From: Nemertoderma westbladi
Lineage: Eukaryota; Animalia; Xenacoelomorpha
DNA: 64,000 nucleotides
Direction: 5' to 3'
Assembly: GCA_032718475.1 (NCBI GenBank)
Contig: JAUCBJ010000118.1
Span: forward strand, 709 to 64,708
This document shows positions 10,247 to 20,137 of the stretch, one piece after another (position 1 is the first letter of the stretch; each line of letters begins with the position of its first letter). A program made the translations under genes and the position numbers. The notes under the pieces were generated by a model, which saw only the letters and a program-made list of their open reading frames with translations, made no database searches and had not been told where the DNA came from.

Positions 10247-10807
10247 ATGGATTCTGATTTATTTCAAAGATACAGTAAACCTCAATATGGTGGTGCCGAC
10301 TCTAATCTTGCTGTTTTTAAAGGTGGTAGAAGTACGAGAGGCTCGACGCAAGTTCCTGTTTTTAGAGGTGGTTCATATATTGACCCTTACGGTCAACAAA
10401 TTGGTGCATTTGGTCCAAACTTAAAACAACGTCGTTTTCAGCGTTATCGTAGAGGTATGCAGGCAAATCAACACGGAGAAGGTATATTTACAGACGCTTT
10501 ATCGACATTGAAAAAATTTGGTAAGCCATTAGCTAAAAAAGTTTTACAAAAAGCTTTACCATTTACCACAAAATTTATGAGACAACACGTAATACCAAAA
10601 GGTAAGCGGGTCTTACATCAGCAGGCTAATACGGTTATTAATAAAGCATTAAATAAAATGAAACCGTCAACAAGGTCAGTTGTAGAAAAAGTTTATAGAG
10701 AGTTAAAGCGACCCGCTAGACCATTGTCTATGAACATACATCATCGACGTAGTAAAAAGAGAAATATAAAAGGCAAACTGAAACACTGCGAAAAAAGTAT
10801 TTTTTAA
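10247..10807 (+). CDS. Basic virion core/membrane-active protein precursor with adenain-type cleavage sites
   Basis: QYGG|A, FKGG|R, FRGG|S and QHGEG, followed by the amphipathic helix IFTDALSTLKKFGKPLAKKVLQKALPF. Arg/Lys-rich and directly upstream of the major capsid gene. Confidence 0.7.
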   Translation: MDSDLFQRYSKPQYGGADSNLAVFKGGRSTRGSTQVPVFRGGSYIDPYGQQIGAFGPNLKQRRFQRYRRGMQANQHGEGIFTDALSTLKKFGKPLAKKVLQKALPFTTKFMRQHVIPKGKRVLHQQANTVINKALNKMKPSTRSVVEKVYRELKRPARPLSMNIHHRRSKKRNIKGKLKHCEKSIF

Positions 10808-10809
10808 TA

Positions 10810-12034
10810 ATGTCAATTATTAAGGAATTAGATTTATTTTCTATACAGCCAATACAGACTGAATTTAAAGCAAAGCATTATGAAACAATTTACCCCATAT
10901 CTAATCTCGGAAGTGAGTCTAGGGAAGTCACGTTCCTTGTACCGAGATCCAATGAATTCTATACGAAACTGCAAGATGCGTTATCAATTACAAAATGTAC
11001 TGTACGGTGGGATAGACGACTTGAAAATTCCCATATATATATGCTGAATTACCCTGCTGAAACTATGTGGAGTGATATTAAAATAGACCTTAATGAGAAG
11101 CAGGTTGAAAATAGCAATAACCATTATTTCTACAAGTCGTACTTATCCAATTTATTATTTACAACTTACGAGGATAAAAATGGGCTACTGGGTGCGGGTG
11201 GCTTTCATTAGCCTTTATCTGAACACGGAAATGAAATTGACCCCGGCGCGCATCCTATTGGCGATGCCTTTAGTAAACAAATGCAATTTGTAAGTGGATT
11301 GACGATTGATTTTGATACTGAAAGCAAAATAATACAACCCGGGTATGATTTAAGAATGCATTTTAGAAAAGTATCAAATTCGTTTATTTTTAAAATCACT
11401 CCAAATGCAAACGCGGTGACAAATCTTCGGCTAGAATTAGATGAAATAAAGATCCTAATCCCTAGAATGGAGGTTAATCCGGTAATAGAAAGCAGTCACC
11501 TAAAAGGTTTAGACAGTTACAACATTTACTATTCCCGCTCAAACCACAAATTATACCCAAACAAACATATTTGATGGTAAAAAACCCAAATTAGTTATTA
11601 TCGGCTTCATAACAAATAACGCTTATTCGGGAGAATTAATTAGCAATCCCTTGAAATTTGAACATTTTAATCTTAGACGCGCGGAACTGATTGTAGACGG
11701 TCTTCCAGTAGGTGGTGTAATATACGAGCCTAATTTTACAGATGGAACATATATTTTTGAGTATACTCAATTAATGAACAACATTAATACATATATTAAC
11801 GGTTATGGAGGTAATAATATAGACCATGAAACCTACTTAGGTAATTGTCCCCTCCTATCCTGGGACTTAACCGCCGATGGCTATGTTAGAGATCCGCAAC
11901 CGTCAATATATACTAACGGCCAATTAAAATTAAGATTTGCCGAACCGTTGGTTGAAACCATAAATGTAATCGTTTTTAATATTTATGATCAATCATTAAG
12001 TTTAAATAGTAGGAAAGAAATACATATCGATTAA
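10810..12034 (+). pseudogene. Major capsid protein (double jelly-roll, hexon-like), disrupted
   Basis: ELDLFSIQPIQTEF...YPISNL N-terminus and NIFDGKKPKLVIIGF...AYSGELISNPLKFEHFNL...LKLRFAEPL C-terminus. In-frame TAG at 11209-11211 (10810 and 11281 share a frame) and a frameshift at ~11530-11550. Confidence 0.88.
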
Positions 12035-12036
12035 GT

Positions 12037-12491
12037 ATGTTATCTACTGAGGACCTTGATATGTTTCCAGTGGGTGGTCACTATTTGGGTGCGTTTCCAG
12101 CTAATAAATTACCTAAATTAGATAATAATAATAAGCGGAGAGATTATGGGTTAATAGTAAATACCGATAAAGAGCATCTGCCCGGGATTCATTGGATCGC
12201 AATATATATACGAGATAATGAGGCTGAATTATTTGATTCATTCGGATCAAAATATCCAAACAGATGCATCGAAAAATGGCTTGAGAAAAATTCCGCAAGA
12301 TGGCGTACTACTCGCAAACAATTTCAAGACCCAAGGAGGACCACATGCGGCCTATACTGTCTTTATTACTTGGTAAATCGAATTCACACAAACTATCCAA
12401 TGAGTGCTTTACAAATAATGTGGAAATAAATGAAATAATATTATATAAATGGCTTGTTAATTATTATAAAATAAACCAACAAGCGTTGTAA
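12037..12491 (+). CDS. Adenain-like (Ulp1-fold) cysteine maturation protease; C-terminal tail probably frameshifted near 12395
   Basis: GAFPANKLP, LIVNTD...PGIHWIAIY (His), FDSFG (Asp), QFQ...TTCGLYCLYYL (Gln/Cys). A plausible tail, FTNNVEINEIILYKW, lies in the 12300-12491 frame. Confidence 0.9.
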
Positions 12492-12522
12492 TTAATCATT
12501 TAGCTTTTGTTTATCAGATAAA

Positions 12523-13125
12523 ATGGATAATATTATTTTTGTTGATTTTCAATATTATAAGATAGACAATAAAGAGTATCCGGTAGTATTTAAAGAATTT
12601 GCTATATTCGATTCTAATTACACCAAAACTAATGTAAAGACGTTTTTAATTAAAGGCCCACCTAATATTAAGTTATCAGCTTTAGATGTAGCTCACGTAA
12701 ACAATTTACGATTCATGACTTCTCATTTGCCCTGGGACTACGGTGACATTTCGCAAGATGACTTTAAAAAATATATGAAGAGACATTTAAAATATAAAAA
12801 AAATATACATGTATTTGGGTTGATGAAGCGGGCAATATTAGTTTCCCAACTCGATGTTCTCGTGCCAAATTCGGTGGAGAAATTGGGAATATATAAGCAA
12901 TATCATGATTATTTAACCCCCTGTCGCTTCCACGATCAATTTACTACAGTAGAAAATAAATGTGCATTCCACTTAAACATAAAGGATAACTGTCTGCGGT
13001 ATTGCTCAGCAAAACGCGTTGGGGGGTATGAGATGCTACACTTTTTCATGAGAAAGCGTTTAACTGCGACTGATGATGATAAACAGAAAGAAATAACTGC
13101 GGTGGAAGATGTACTCATACTGTAA
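12523..13125 (+). CDS. DEDD/DnaQ-like nuclease-fold protein
   Basis: IIFVDFQYY...VVFKEFAIF, HLPWDYG, IHVFGLMKR and a C-terminal C/H cluster (CRFH...CAFH...CLRYCS). Recognised by pattern only. Confidence 0.55.
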   Translation: MDNIIFVDFQYYKIDNKEYPVVFKEFAIFDSNYTKTNVKTFLIKGPPNIKLSALDVAHVNNLRFMTSHLPWDYGDISQDDFKKYMKRHLKYKKNIHVFGLMKRAILVSQLDVLVPNSVEKLGIYKQYHDYLTPCRFHDQFTTVENKCAFHLNIKDNCLRYCSAKRVGGYEMLHFFMRKRLTATDDDKQKEITAVEDVLIL

Positions 13126-13699
13126 GTTTAACTGCGGTGGAAGATGTACTCTTACAGTAGGTTTACTCTAAGCTTGTAATGTGATGGGATAATATATTTG
13201 TTTTAATGTCAATAAAAAATAATAAAAACATTAAAATCTTTTTTTATATCGCTGTTTACACTCACAAACACACCACACCTACCGGTAGCCCTCTGTTGTA
13301 TCAGAGTTTAACTACCAGTAGCTAGCTGAATTTACACATACAGACATATAGAATGGCAGAATGGCGCCCTTCTAGACTATCAGCAACCACAAGGTTTTAG
13401 CATTACTTACTAAATTAACTCAACATGGAGGGTTCGTGAATGCTGCATTAGAGAGGCCCTCCTAACAATAGGCCTACTGGTACCGATGGCCCTGTAGCCC
13501 TCTTCCAACTGTATACCGGTACTTGAGGATAGAGCAAGGGCATACCGGTTTCTTTGATTTAAGGATTACACTATTACACTTGAATGCTTCCAATTTTCTG
13601 TTTACAACTTTAATTGGTCTAATCTACATTACTGCGGGCTATTACTGTCGCATAGGTAAGCCTATACAGCTATAGTTAACTTTATGGGGGGCCCTTTTT

Positions 13700-14110
13700 C
13701 GAATGTTGACCCAATATGGTTTATGGTTAACCTTTAGTACTCGCGGATAGGTAAGGTACACTTTCATTCGGTTAGGCATATAGGCCTAATGACTACTCCT
13801 CAACTGAAAGTTGACTAGCTCATTGATACAATAGGTGTGGTTAGGTACCGGTAGGGCTATAGGTCCTATAAAATCCCCTCGCACTCTCTGTTACTAACTT
13901 TCTACATTCACTCTATGTTGTATGCTTCTTTACAGTTAACCTTTAGAACTCTTGGTTAGGGGCGCCATCATTCAACCAGTCATATAATAGCTCCACTCGG
14001 ATACAATAGGTGTGGCTCGCGGTATACCTAACTAAGCCTATATAAAATCCATCCCATTCTCTGTTACTAACATTCACTCTATGTTGACGGGGGACTATAT
14101 AAAACATAGT
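13700..14110. repeat. Degenerate direct repeats with TATAAAA motifs in the Polinton central intergenic region
   Basis: gatacaataggtgtgg...tataaaatcc...ctctgttactaac...acattcactctatgttg at ~13825-13920 and ~14000-14086; gttaacctttag at ~13726 and ~13935. Confidence 0.8.
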
Positions 14111-14260
14111 TAATTTATTTATGTATTCGCTTTTTTTTAAATTATATATAAAATAGGTTCGGTCTACTAAGTTTTATAAGCAACAATAACTGATAACAAT
14201 AACAATAACAACAACAATAACAACAACAACAACACTAAATTTATTACTGTATTATACTTT

Positions 14261-14680
14261 TTATAGTCCTATATGTGGGTCCCTCAGTGGAGTTTCCTCC
14301 ATTACCGGTACCTGTAAATGGTTGTTTATAGGCCTAACTTCTACCGGTCTTTGTGTTGGTATATCGAAGTGAAGCGTATTATCAACATCATTCTCCCAAT
14401 TTTCGCTAGAGGGTGAGCTTCCCGATATTCGCGATGGTTGTATCTTTATATCAAGTGTGAAATCTTTTGAAATTTCAACCTTTGTAGGCGATAAAGGTAG
14501 ACCATCTACTTGACCTACTCCATATTCTACCGAAGTAAACCCGATCTCAAATTTTTGGTTTATATATCGCAACTCCATCTCAGCAATATTGGATGCTGAG
14601 AGATATGTTTCGTCGCTTGATTGCAATTCGATTTTGATACAACTTTTCAACTCTCGGTTATTGAAAAAGGCGAATGTCAT
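14261..14680 (-). CDS. Polinton accessory protein, unknown function (139 aa)
   Basis: ORF co-oriented with PolB; no motif recognised. Confidence 0.45.
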   Translation of the reverse strand: MTFAFFNNRELKSCIKIELQSSDETYLSASNIAEMELRYINQKFEIGFTSVEYGVGQVDGLPLSPTKVEISKDFTLDIKIQPSRISGSSPSSENWENDVDNTLHFDIPTQRPVEVRPINNHLQVPVMEETPLRDPHIGL

Positions 14681-15360
14681 CTTCGAGTCGAGGTAAGTTG
14701 TCGTCGTCGTCGTAACTAGGTACCGGTAAGAATATCTTTAAATTGAATAGGTAGGCCTACTGATATTTTTTTCTTCTTTTGTTTAACAAAATTATAGTTC
14801 ACTGTCAGAAAAATTGAGTTTATATATATTTTTGTAGAGGGTCGCAGATGTGTACATTACAAAATTCTCATAGTTAACAAAATGCACAACATAAACCTTT
14901 CCCAGGCGGATTAGCGATATATGCTCTGTTTGTTGTTCTATTCTGAATGTAGGGAGATGCCTAGCCGATGTTTTAATGATATGTACCGGTATACAGACTA
15001 GTAACAGATAGGAGGGCATCGTCTTTGACTATGAATACCAGCACATAGCCCTAATCTTTTCTCACCGAGCTTAGCGTTGCCCGCCGCACTCACGCACACT
15101 CATAAGTAACAGATGCGCTATTGTAACTCACTCGTGAGCAACAATGCCAAGTTAGCTAGCTAGCTACAGCCCCTGAGTATACTATGCCTACTTGAGTGTT
15201 ACAAGCAGCAATCGCACTACCGAAGTTAATTTCCCCTCAAACTAGTTGTTGATTTTAAAAAAATATTCATAATTTTTTTCCAACCAATTTAATATATATA
15301 TATTTTACAGTAAAAATCTCCACCACCAAACAGCAACAACAACAATAAATTTCACTCACA

Positions 15361-15939
15361 CTAATTATATTTTACAACAAAAACCCTCGCACCAAACAAT
15401 AATAAATTATTAACCAGTTTGTTGAATATAGGGTAATATATATGAAATTTAAACGGGGAACACATTAATGTACATTTACCGGTGTAGAAGCAGCAAACAA
15501 CAACATTATTATTTATTCTGACTTTACAGTTATTGAATATTTCAGGTTCATATATAACTTGAAGTTGCACATTATCAAAGACAACATAAAACCCGGTATT
15601 GTTTATCAATAACCTATAGACTACAGACTTAATACTAAAAATATAAGTACATAAATTAACAGATTTTAAAATCAAATTAATACTAGTTTTATCAAATATA
15701 TGCTTTTTTACTTTTTGGAAATTATACTTACTGCCTAATAATGTAATACGACCATTTTTAAATATTAATAATGTGGCACCAAATATCTTATATATAAACT
15801 GATTTGGTTTGAGTATGTGTTTACCAGATAATTGATTTTTTAATTCTTTAAAATTAATCGCTAACACTTGCTGGCAACTTACATTTTTATTTACTATTTG
15901 ATAATTCATCACCAATACCATCGTCTTTTGGTTCTTCAT
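15361..15939 (-). CDS. TATA-box-binding-protein (TBP)-like protein encoded by the Polinton (start ATG 15939, 15921 or 15909)
   Basis: Two-repeat TBP core pattern. Repeat 1: YQIVNKNVSC...INFKEL...ATLLIFKNGRITLLGSK (cf. TBP TALIFSSGKMVCTGAK). Repeat 2: YEPEIFNNCKVRINNNVVVCCFYTGKCTLM (cf. YEPELFPGLIYRM...VLLIFVSGKVVLTG). Length of ~180-190 aa matches a TBP core. Confidence 0.78.
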   Translation of the reverse strand: MKNQKTMVLVMNYQIVNKNVSCQQVLAINFKELKNQLSGKHILKPNQFIYKIFGATLLIFKNGRITLLGSKYNFQKVKKHIFDKTSINLILKSVNLCTYIFSIKSVVYRLLINNTGFYVVFDNVQLQVIYEPEIFNNCKVRINNNVVVCCFYTGKCTLMCSPFKFHIYYPIFNKLVNNLLLFGARVFVVKYN

Positions 15940-18900
15940 AAATTGGTATATTTGATATTTTTATAGGTTTTTTGAGGTTTGTTTTATAGTGCCCCCAAGG
16001 AAGCGAATGATTTTTATTAACCCAATAAAGTTTATCGTCAAAGCTACTGAGTGCAAATTTATTTTGCTTTAAGGTATAAATACGATGTAATTTAGATTGA
16101 CATCTGTGTATGTTTTTTTTTATTTCTTCATTTGAGTTATATGCTTTTAAATATTCTTCATGTGTAATATTCGTTTCCACAACAGCTCTTGTAATACCTT
16201 TTGCTCTACGAATATTTTTGTTATTCCATTCCAAAATTGAATATAATTTTGTTCTTAAAAATACTGCTTGTTTAATTTCATGTGAGGCTAGTTCGTCTTT
16301 ACAGTAATAGAGTTGGGATTTATTTTTATCGCTGTAGAGAGGGTGATCCTTAGGGTAATTGGAAGTATCTAAAATATTATTTTTAATTAATGCTTTTAAA
16401 AAATTATTCTGTGATGTATTATAATAACAACCTATTAAAGAGTCAGTGTCTGATGCAGAAATTTCAATACGACAGTTTAATTCTTTCTCAATAGGTAGCA
16501 ATTTATTGTAAAACAGCTCATACATATCCAATTTAGCCAAGTCCAACACAGCGCTACCAATAAATATAGGCTTATTGAGAGTTACAGAGTCTTTCACTAA
16601 TAAATGTCCCGATAATGTATTATTGTATATTATAAATTGTTCATGATTAATACGATTTACCAATTGATCGCATTTATCGTTGCTATTTGCGATACAAAAG
16701 TTACATCGATCTCTTATCTTTTCTATTGATTTGCCAAACAGTGAATTATTGAGCAATTTCGCGACAGCAGTTTCAATGTAACTTTTTGCTAGGCGCCTTT
16801 GATTAATATTAAAATCTATATAATTTTTAAATACAAATTCTTGTTGAAAAGAATATAATTTATGTAGTTTAGTAACAATTAATCCATGTTTTATATAAAA
16901 TTTTAACAGTTTCAAATGTAAATGATAAAACTCTTTATCAAATTGCGTCAGCAAGAGTTTTGGTGTAGACATCCTATATTTACGGGAGGTACCTTTTTGT
17001 ATCGATAAATTATTAAATTGTTCCCTCATATAAGGTGAAAGCATTGATTCATTTATACTTAAATGCTCTGGAGCTAACGGTAATTGTAATGTTTGATCGT
17101 GAATAGCTTTAGGATAATTTAAATCACATATTAAAAAATATCCAGTAGATCCATCAATGTCTAAATCTACCAAGTACTCGATTAGTTTTTCTGGAATTGC
17201 ATTCTCTAAATGTTTAATACTTACTTCTTTGAATTGCGAGGTGGGTAGTTTTTTACTTAAATTCCCTGAATATAAAGAGTTGAAATCAATATTAAAAATA
17301 TGGCATTCTTCCTTAGTAGAATCATATGTACTTGTTCCTGGTATATTTGATTCTATATAATGCTTTCGACAAAATGAAACACCACCCCTAATTGATTTTT
17401 CAAAATCTCTATATGTCTGATAATCCTTTATTAATTCTATTTTACATTTATTATATTTTAGTGCGCAATCATAGGTAAATGACTTGATACTACAGTAAAA
17501 AACCACTTCTAAATCGTAATTTTGTTTACAAACATTCCTAAAATTCTCAAATATATCAGCAAGCAAACAAACATCGAGTTTTAAATAGGCTAAAAGATAA
17601 TCTTTGAGATTCACACAGTCGAATTCAACCCATGATAATTCCGCAAACCTATAATCTTCTATTGTACATGTTTTTTGACTTAAGTTACTAAAAAAATTAT
17701 TTATAGATGGCAAACTAGTATCATTAAATTTATTAATATCTGTCAAGTACTCGTATGGAAATACTCCTTTCCGTTTAATTGTTGAGTTATTCAAGTTTGG
17801 ATAAAAATATTTCATTTCTTGTAGAGTAATAGGTAAAATTGAGCTTATATCATGACTCGCTACATCCTTTGTTGAACACTCAACTAAATTACTTAAAGAA
17901 AAGCTTAAAAATTGATATGTGTCCAAGAAACGTAACTCAATTTTTTTAGAAGTGTTTTTAATTGGGATAAATACACTCGGTGAAATATATCGTTCTGTAT
18001 TTCTCGGTATAACCTTTATATCCCAATCTGTGTATTTCTTATCTCTAAATCCGGTTTGTAATATACAATGTATATCGTAGTTGTTGGAATTGTGCCCGCA
18101 AAGTACATACAGGTATCGTTTCAATGATAAACTTCGGTTACAACTATTACAGGCTGCCGCAATATATTTACCTGTAATATGTGAATGATGTCTGTTTTTC
18201 CCAACATTATTATTTAAAGTAACATTACAATAGAAACAGAATTTTGCTTGTTCAAAATTTACAAAATCAATATTAGTAAATGACATGGTTTTATGAGTGT
18301 ATATATCTGACCAACAACATAATTCAGTTAAATCAGTATATAATGAATCTAAGAAATCTTGAATACAATTATTATTATTATTATTTGTCGTTAAAAATGT
18401 TTTCAAATGACATTTTGGTGGGTCAATTAATTCAGTATTGGGAACAATTAAATAACTCACAGCACACGGTATATGCTCCTGTATAAATTGATTATTAACT
18501 GAAGGTTGTAAGATACATTCTATATCAAAGTAGGTGACAAACAATGGGGATAAGGTTCTATCTAAATTTGTAAAACTGATGTGTGTTCTTTTTTTATTAG
18601 GTAGTTTCTCGCGCTGACTTCTTCCTTGGTAGCATACGAGACGGTGTCTATGAAGAACTTCCGCTCGAAAAAAATGAGCCAGGCACCTTTCACAAAATTG
18701 CCTACCTCGGGTATGAAGAGCTCTCGTATTCAGCAATCGATTCAAGTTAGTTATGCAAACATAATGATTCAGTTTAGGTACATTGTTATTTTTTACTACA
18801 AGTAATATATTTAATAACTGTTTATCAGGTGTAATTTTACTAAACGGAGGTTGTCTTAATATAGATACAGGAGTGTGTTTGTTGTCGTTATTCCAACATA

Positions 18901-19951
18901 GTAAATTAATTATATATTTTGAATTTTGTTTTTCAAAAAGTTTAATCGCTAACTGCCACTCTGTTGGATAATATTTGTTCCCATTGTCAAAAATGATATG
19001 ACTCATATAATTTTTGTACAATGAAGTATGGTTTTTGTTGTTTTTCACTTTGCTACCAAATTTTGCGGATATAATAGCCCATTTGAAACAATCATTATCA
19101 GCTGTTTGTATATTTATTGTACATTTTTTAGCTGATAAAGCCTTAGGTAATTCCATATATCCATGCCCCTTATATAGTAACGACCTAAACTTAGATTCAG
19201 CTAATTTAATTTCAACCCTTAATAAAGATTTAATACGCCACCCCGAACCACGTGTGTTAAAGATGGCTATTTTTTGTAATATATTTCCCAGCACATACTC
19301 AAACCATGTGTCAAAACTTTGCGGCGAATCTACAGTATTAATAGCACCACCGGAAGAATTAAAATAAAAGGTTTCCAATTGCTCGCCTTCTGAAAAATGT
19401 GATCTGTACATTAATACATTTAGACCTAACCACAGTCTAAGAACATTCATTTCTTTCAATCTATCTAATATTAACTGAAGAATATTACCTCGAATTTGTG
19501 CTAAAGCTGTTTCTACATCGGGATAATCTCTAGAAGTTGGGAGGTCGTGGACATAAATTTCAAGACGATTATCGTGAGCTTCTTGTTCCCGCGTAAAAAT
19601 TGTTGCGCATGTACCAAGAGCCACCCTTAAGTTTTTTCTGGATATTATATTTTTATGTTGCGGAAATTTACGCTTTCTTGTGTAGTAACATTTCAAGTGA
19701 CAGTCGTGTCGTATATAATTCTCATATGTATACTCTTTATTACAGGTAGAACAAGTCAATTGATAGGTGCGGAACTCCATTTCTTTACAACCAGTAGTTG
19801 ATTCATGTCGTTTACAAATTTCGCTGCATGAAGTCACGACATGACACTTAAAACAAGAATAACCTTCAAAATGTGACCATAGGTGGCGTAAGTAATTATG
19901 TCTAGTTACATTCATATGACAGAATGAACAACATATTGTTATTTTATCCAT
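15887..19951 (-). CDS. Protein-primed family B DNA polymerase (1354 aa), intact
   Basis: ExoI YFDIEC, ExoII GHNSNNYDIH, ExoIII YLKLDVCLLADIFENFR; Pol A IDFNSLY, B KLLNNSLFGK, C SDTDS. N-terminal C2H2-like fingers, an RGSGWRI...CFKWAI region and an endonuclease-VII-like insert (CFYC...RHHSHITGKYIAAACNSCN). Confidence 0.97.
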   Translation of the reverse strand: MDKITICCSFCHMNVTRHNYLRHLWSHFEGYSCFKCHVVTSCSEICKRHESTTGCKEMEFRTYQLTCSTCNKEYTYENYIRHDCHLKCYYTRKRKFPQHKNIISRKNLRVALGTCATIFTREQEAHDNRLEIYVHDLPTSRDYPDVETALAQIRGNILQLILDRLKEMNVLRLWLGLNVLMYRSHFSEGEQLETFYFNSSGGAINTVDSPQSFDTWFEYVLGNILQKIAIFNTRGSGWRIKSLLRVEIKLAESKFRSLLYKGHGYMELPKALSAKKCTINIQTADNDCFKWAIISAKFGSKVKNNKNHTSLYKNYMSHIIFDNGNKYYPTEWQLAIKLFEKQNSKYIINLLCWNNDNKHTPVSILRQPPFSKITPDKQLLNILLVVKNNNVPKLNHYVCITNLNRLLNTRALHTRGRQFCERCLAHFFRAEVLHRHRLVCYQGRSQREKLPNKKRTHISFTNLDRTLSPLFVTYFDIECILQPSVNNQFIQEHIPCAVSYLIVPNTELIDPPKCHLKTFLTTNNNNNNCIQDFLDSLYTDLTELCCWSDIYTHKTMSFTNIDFVNFEQAKFCFYCNVTLNNNVGKNRHHSHITGKYIAAACNSCNRSLSLKRYLYVLCGHNSNNYDIHCILQTGFRDKKYTDWDIKVIPRNTERYISPSVFIPIKNTSKKIELRFLDTYQFLSFSLSNLVECSTKDVASHDISSILPITLQEMKYFYPNLNNSTIKRKGVFPYEYLTDINKFNDTSLPSINNFFSNLSQKTCTIEDYRFAELSWVEFDCVNLKDYLLAYLKLDVCLLADIFENFRNVCKQNYDLEVVFYCSIKSFTYDCALKYNKCKIELIKDYQTYRDFEKSIRGGVSFCRKHYIESNIPGTSTYDSTKEECHIFNIDFNSLYSGNLSKKLPTSQFKEVSIKHLENAIPEKLIEYLVDLDIDGSTGYFLICDLNYPKAIHDQTLQLPLAPEHLSINESMLSPYMREQFNNLSIQKGTSRKYRMSTPKLLLTQFDKEFYHLHLKLLKFYIKHGLIVTKLHKLYSFQQEFVFKNYIDFNINQRRLAKSYIETAVAKLLNNSLFGKSIEKIRDRCNFCIANSNDKCDQLVNRINHEQFIIYNNTLSGHLLVKDSVTLNKPIFIGSAVLDLAKLDMYELFYNKLLPIEKELNCRIEISASDTDSLIGCYYNTSQNNFLKALIKNNILDTSNYPKDHPLYSDKNKSQLYYCKDELASHEIKQAVFLRTKLYSILEWNNKNIRRAKGITRAVVETNITHEEYLKAYNSNEEIKKNIHRCQSKLHRIYTLKQNKFALSSFDDKLYWVNKNHSLPWGHYKTNLKKPIKISNIPIYEEPKDDGIGDELSNSK

Positions 19952-20137
19952 GTTGAAGTTTGTTTAGATAAATAATAATAATAATAATAATAATAAAATA
20001 TGTCCAAAGATTAAAATAAAATGAAATGATATGATATTGACTATATCTAAACATTTATATGCTAGCGAGGGAAATAATTTTAAACCAATCACCAATCGCT
20101 TATGGCTATTGGAAACCACAAAGAGTTTAACTTATGA

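Noticed and set aside
16110-19367. Plus-strand ORFs within PolB (and likewise 47891-48352 within SLC26, 34961-35368 within the transposase)
   Set aside because: Antisense to long genuine CDSs, with no motifs.
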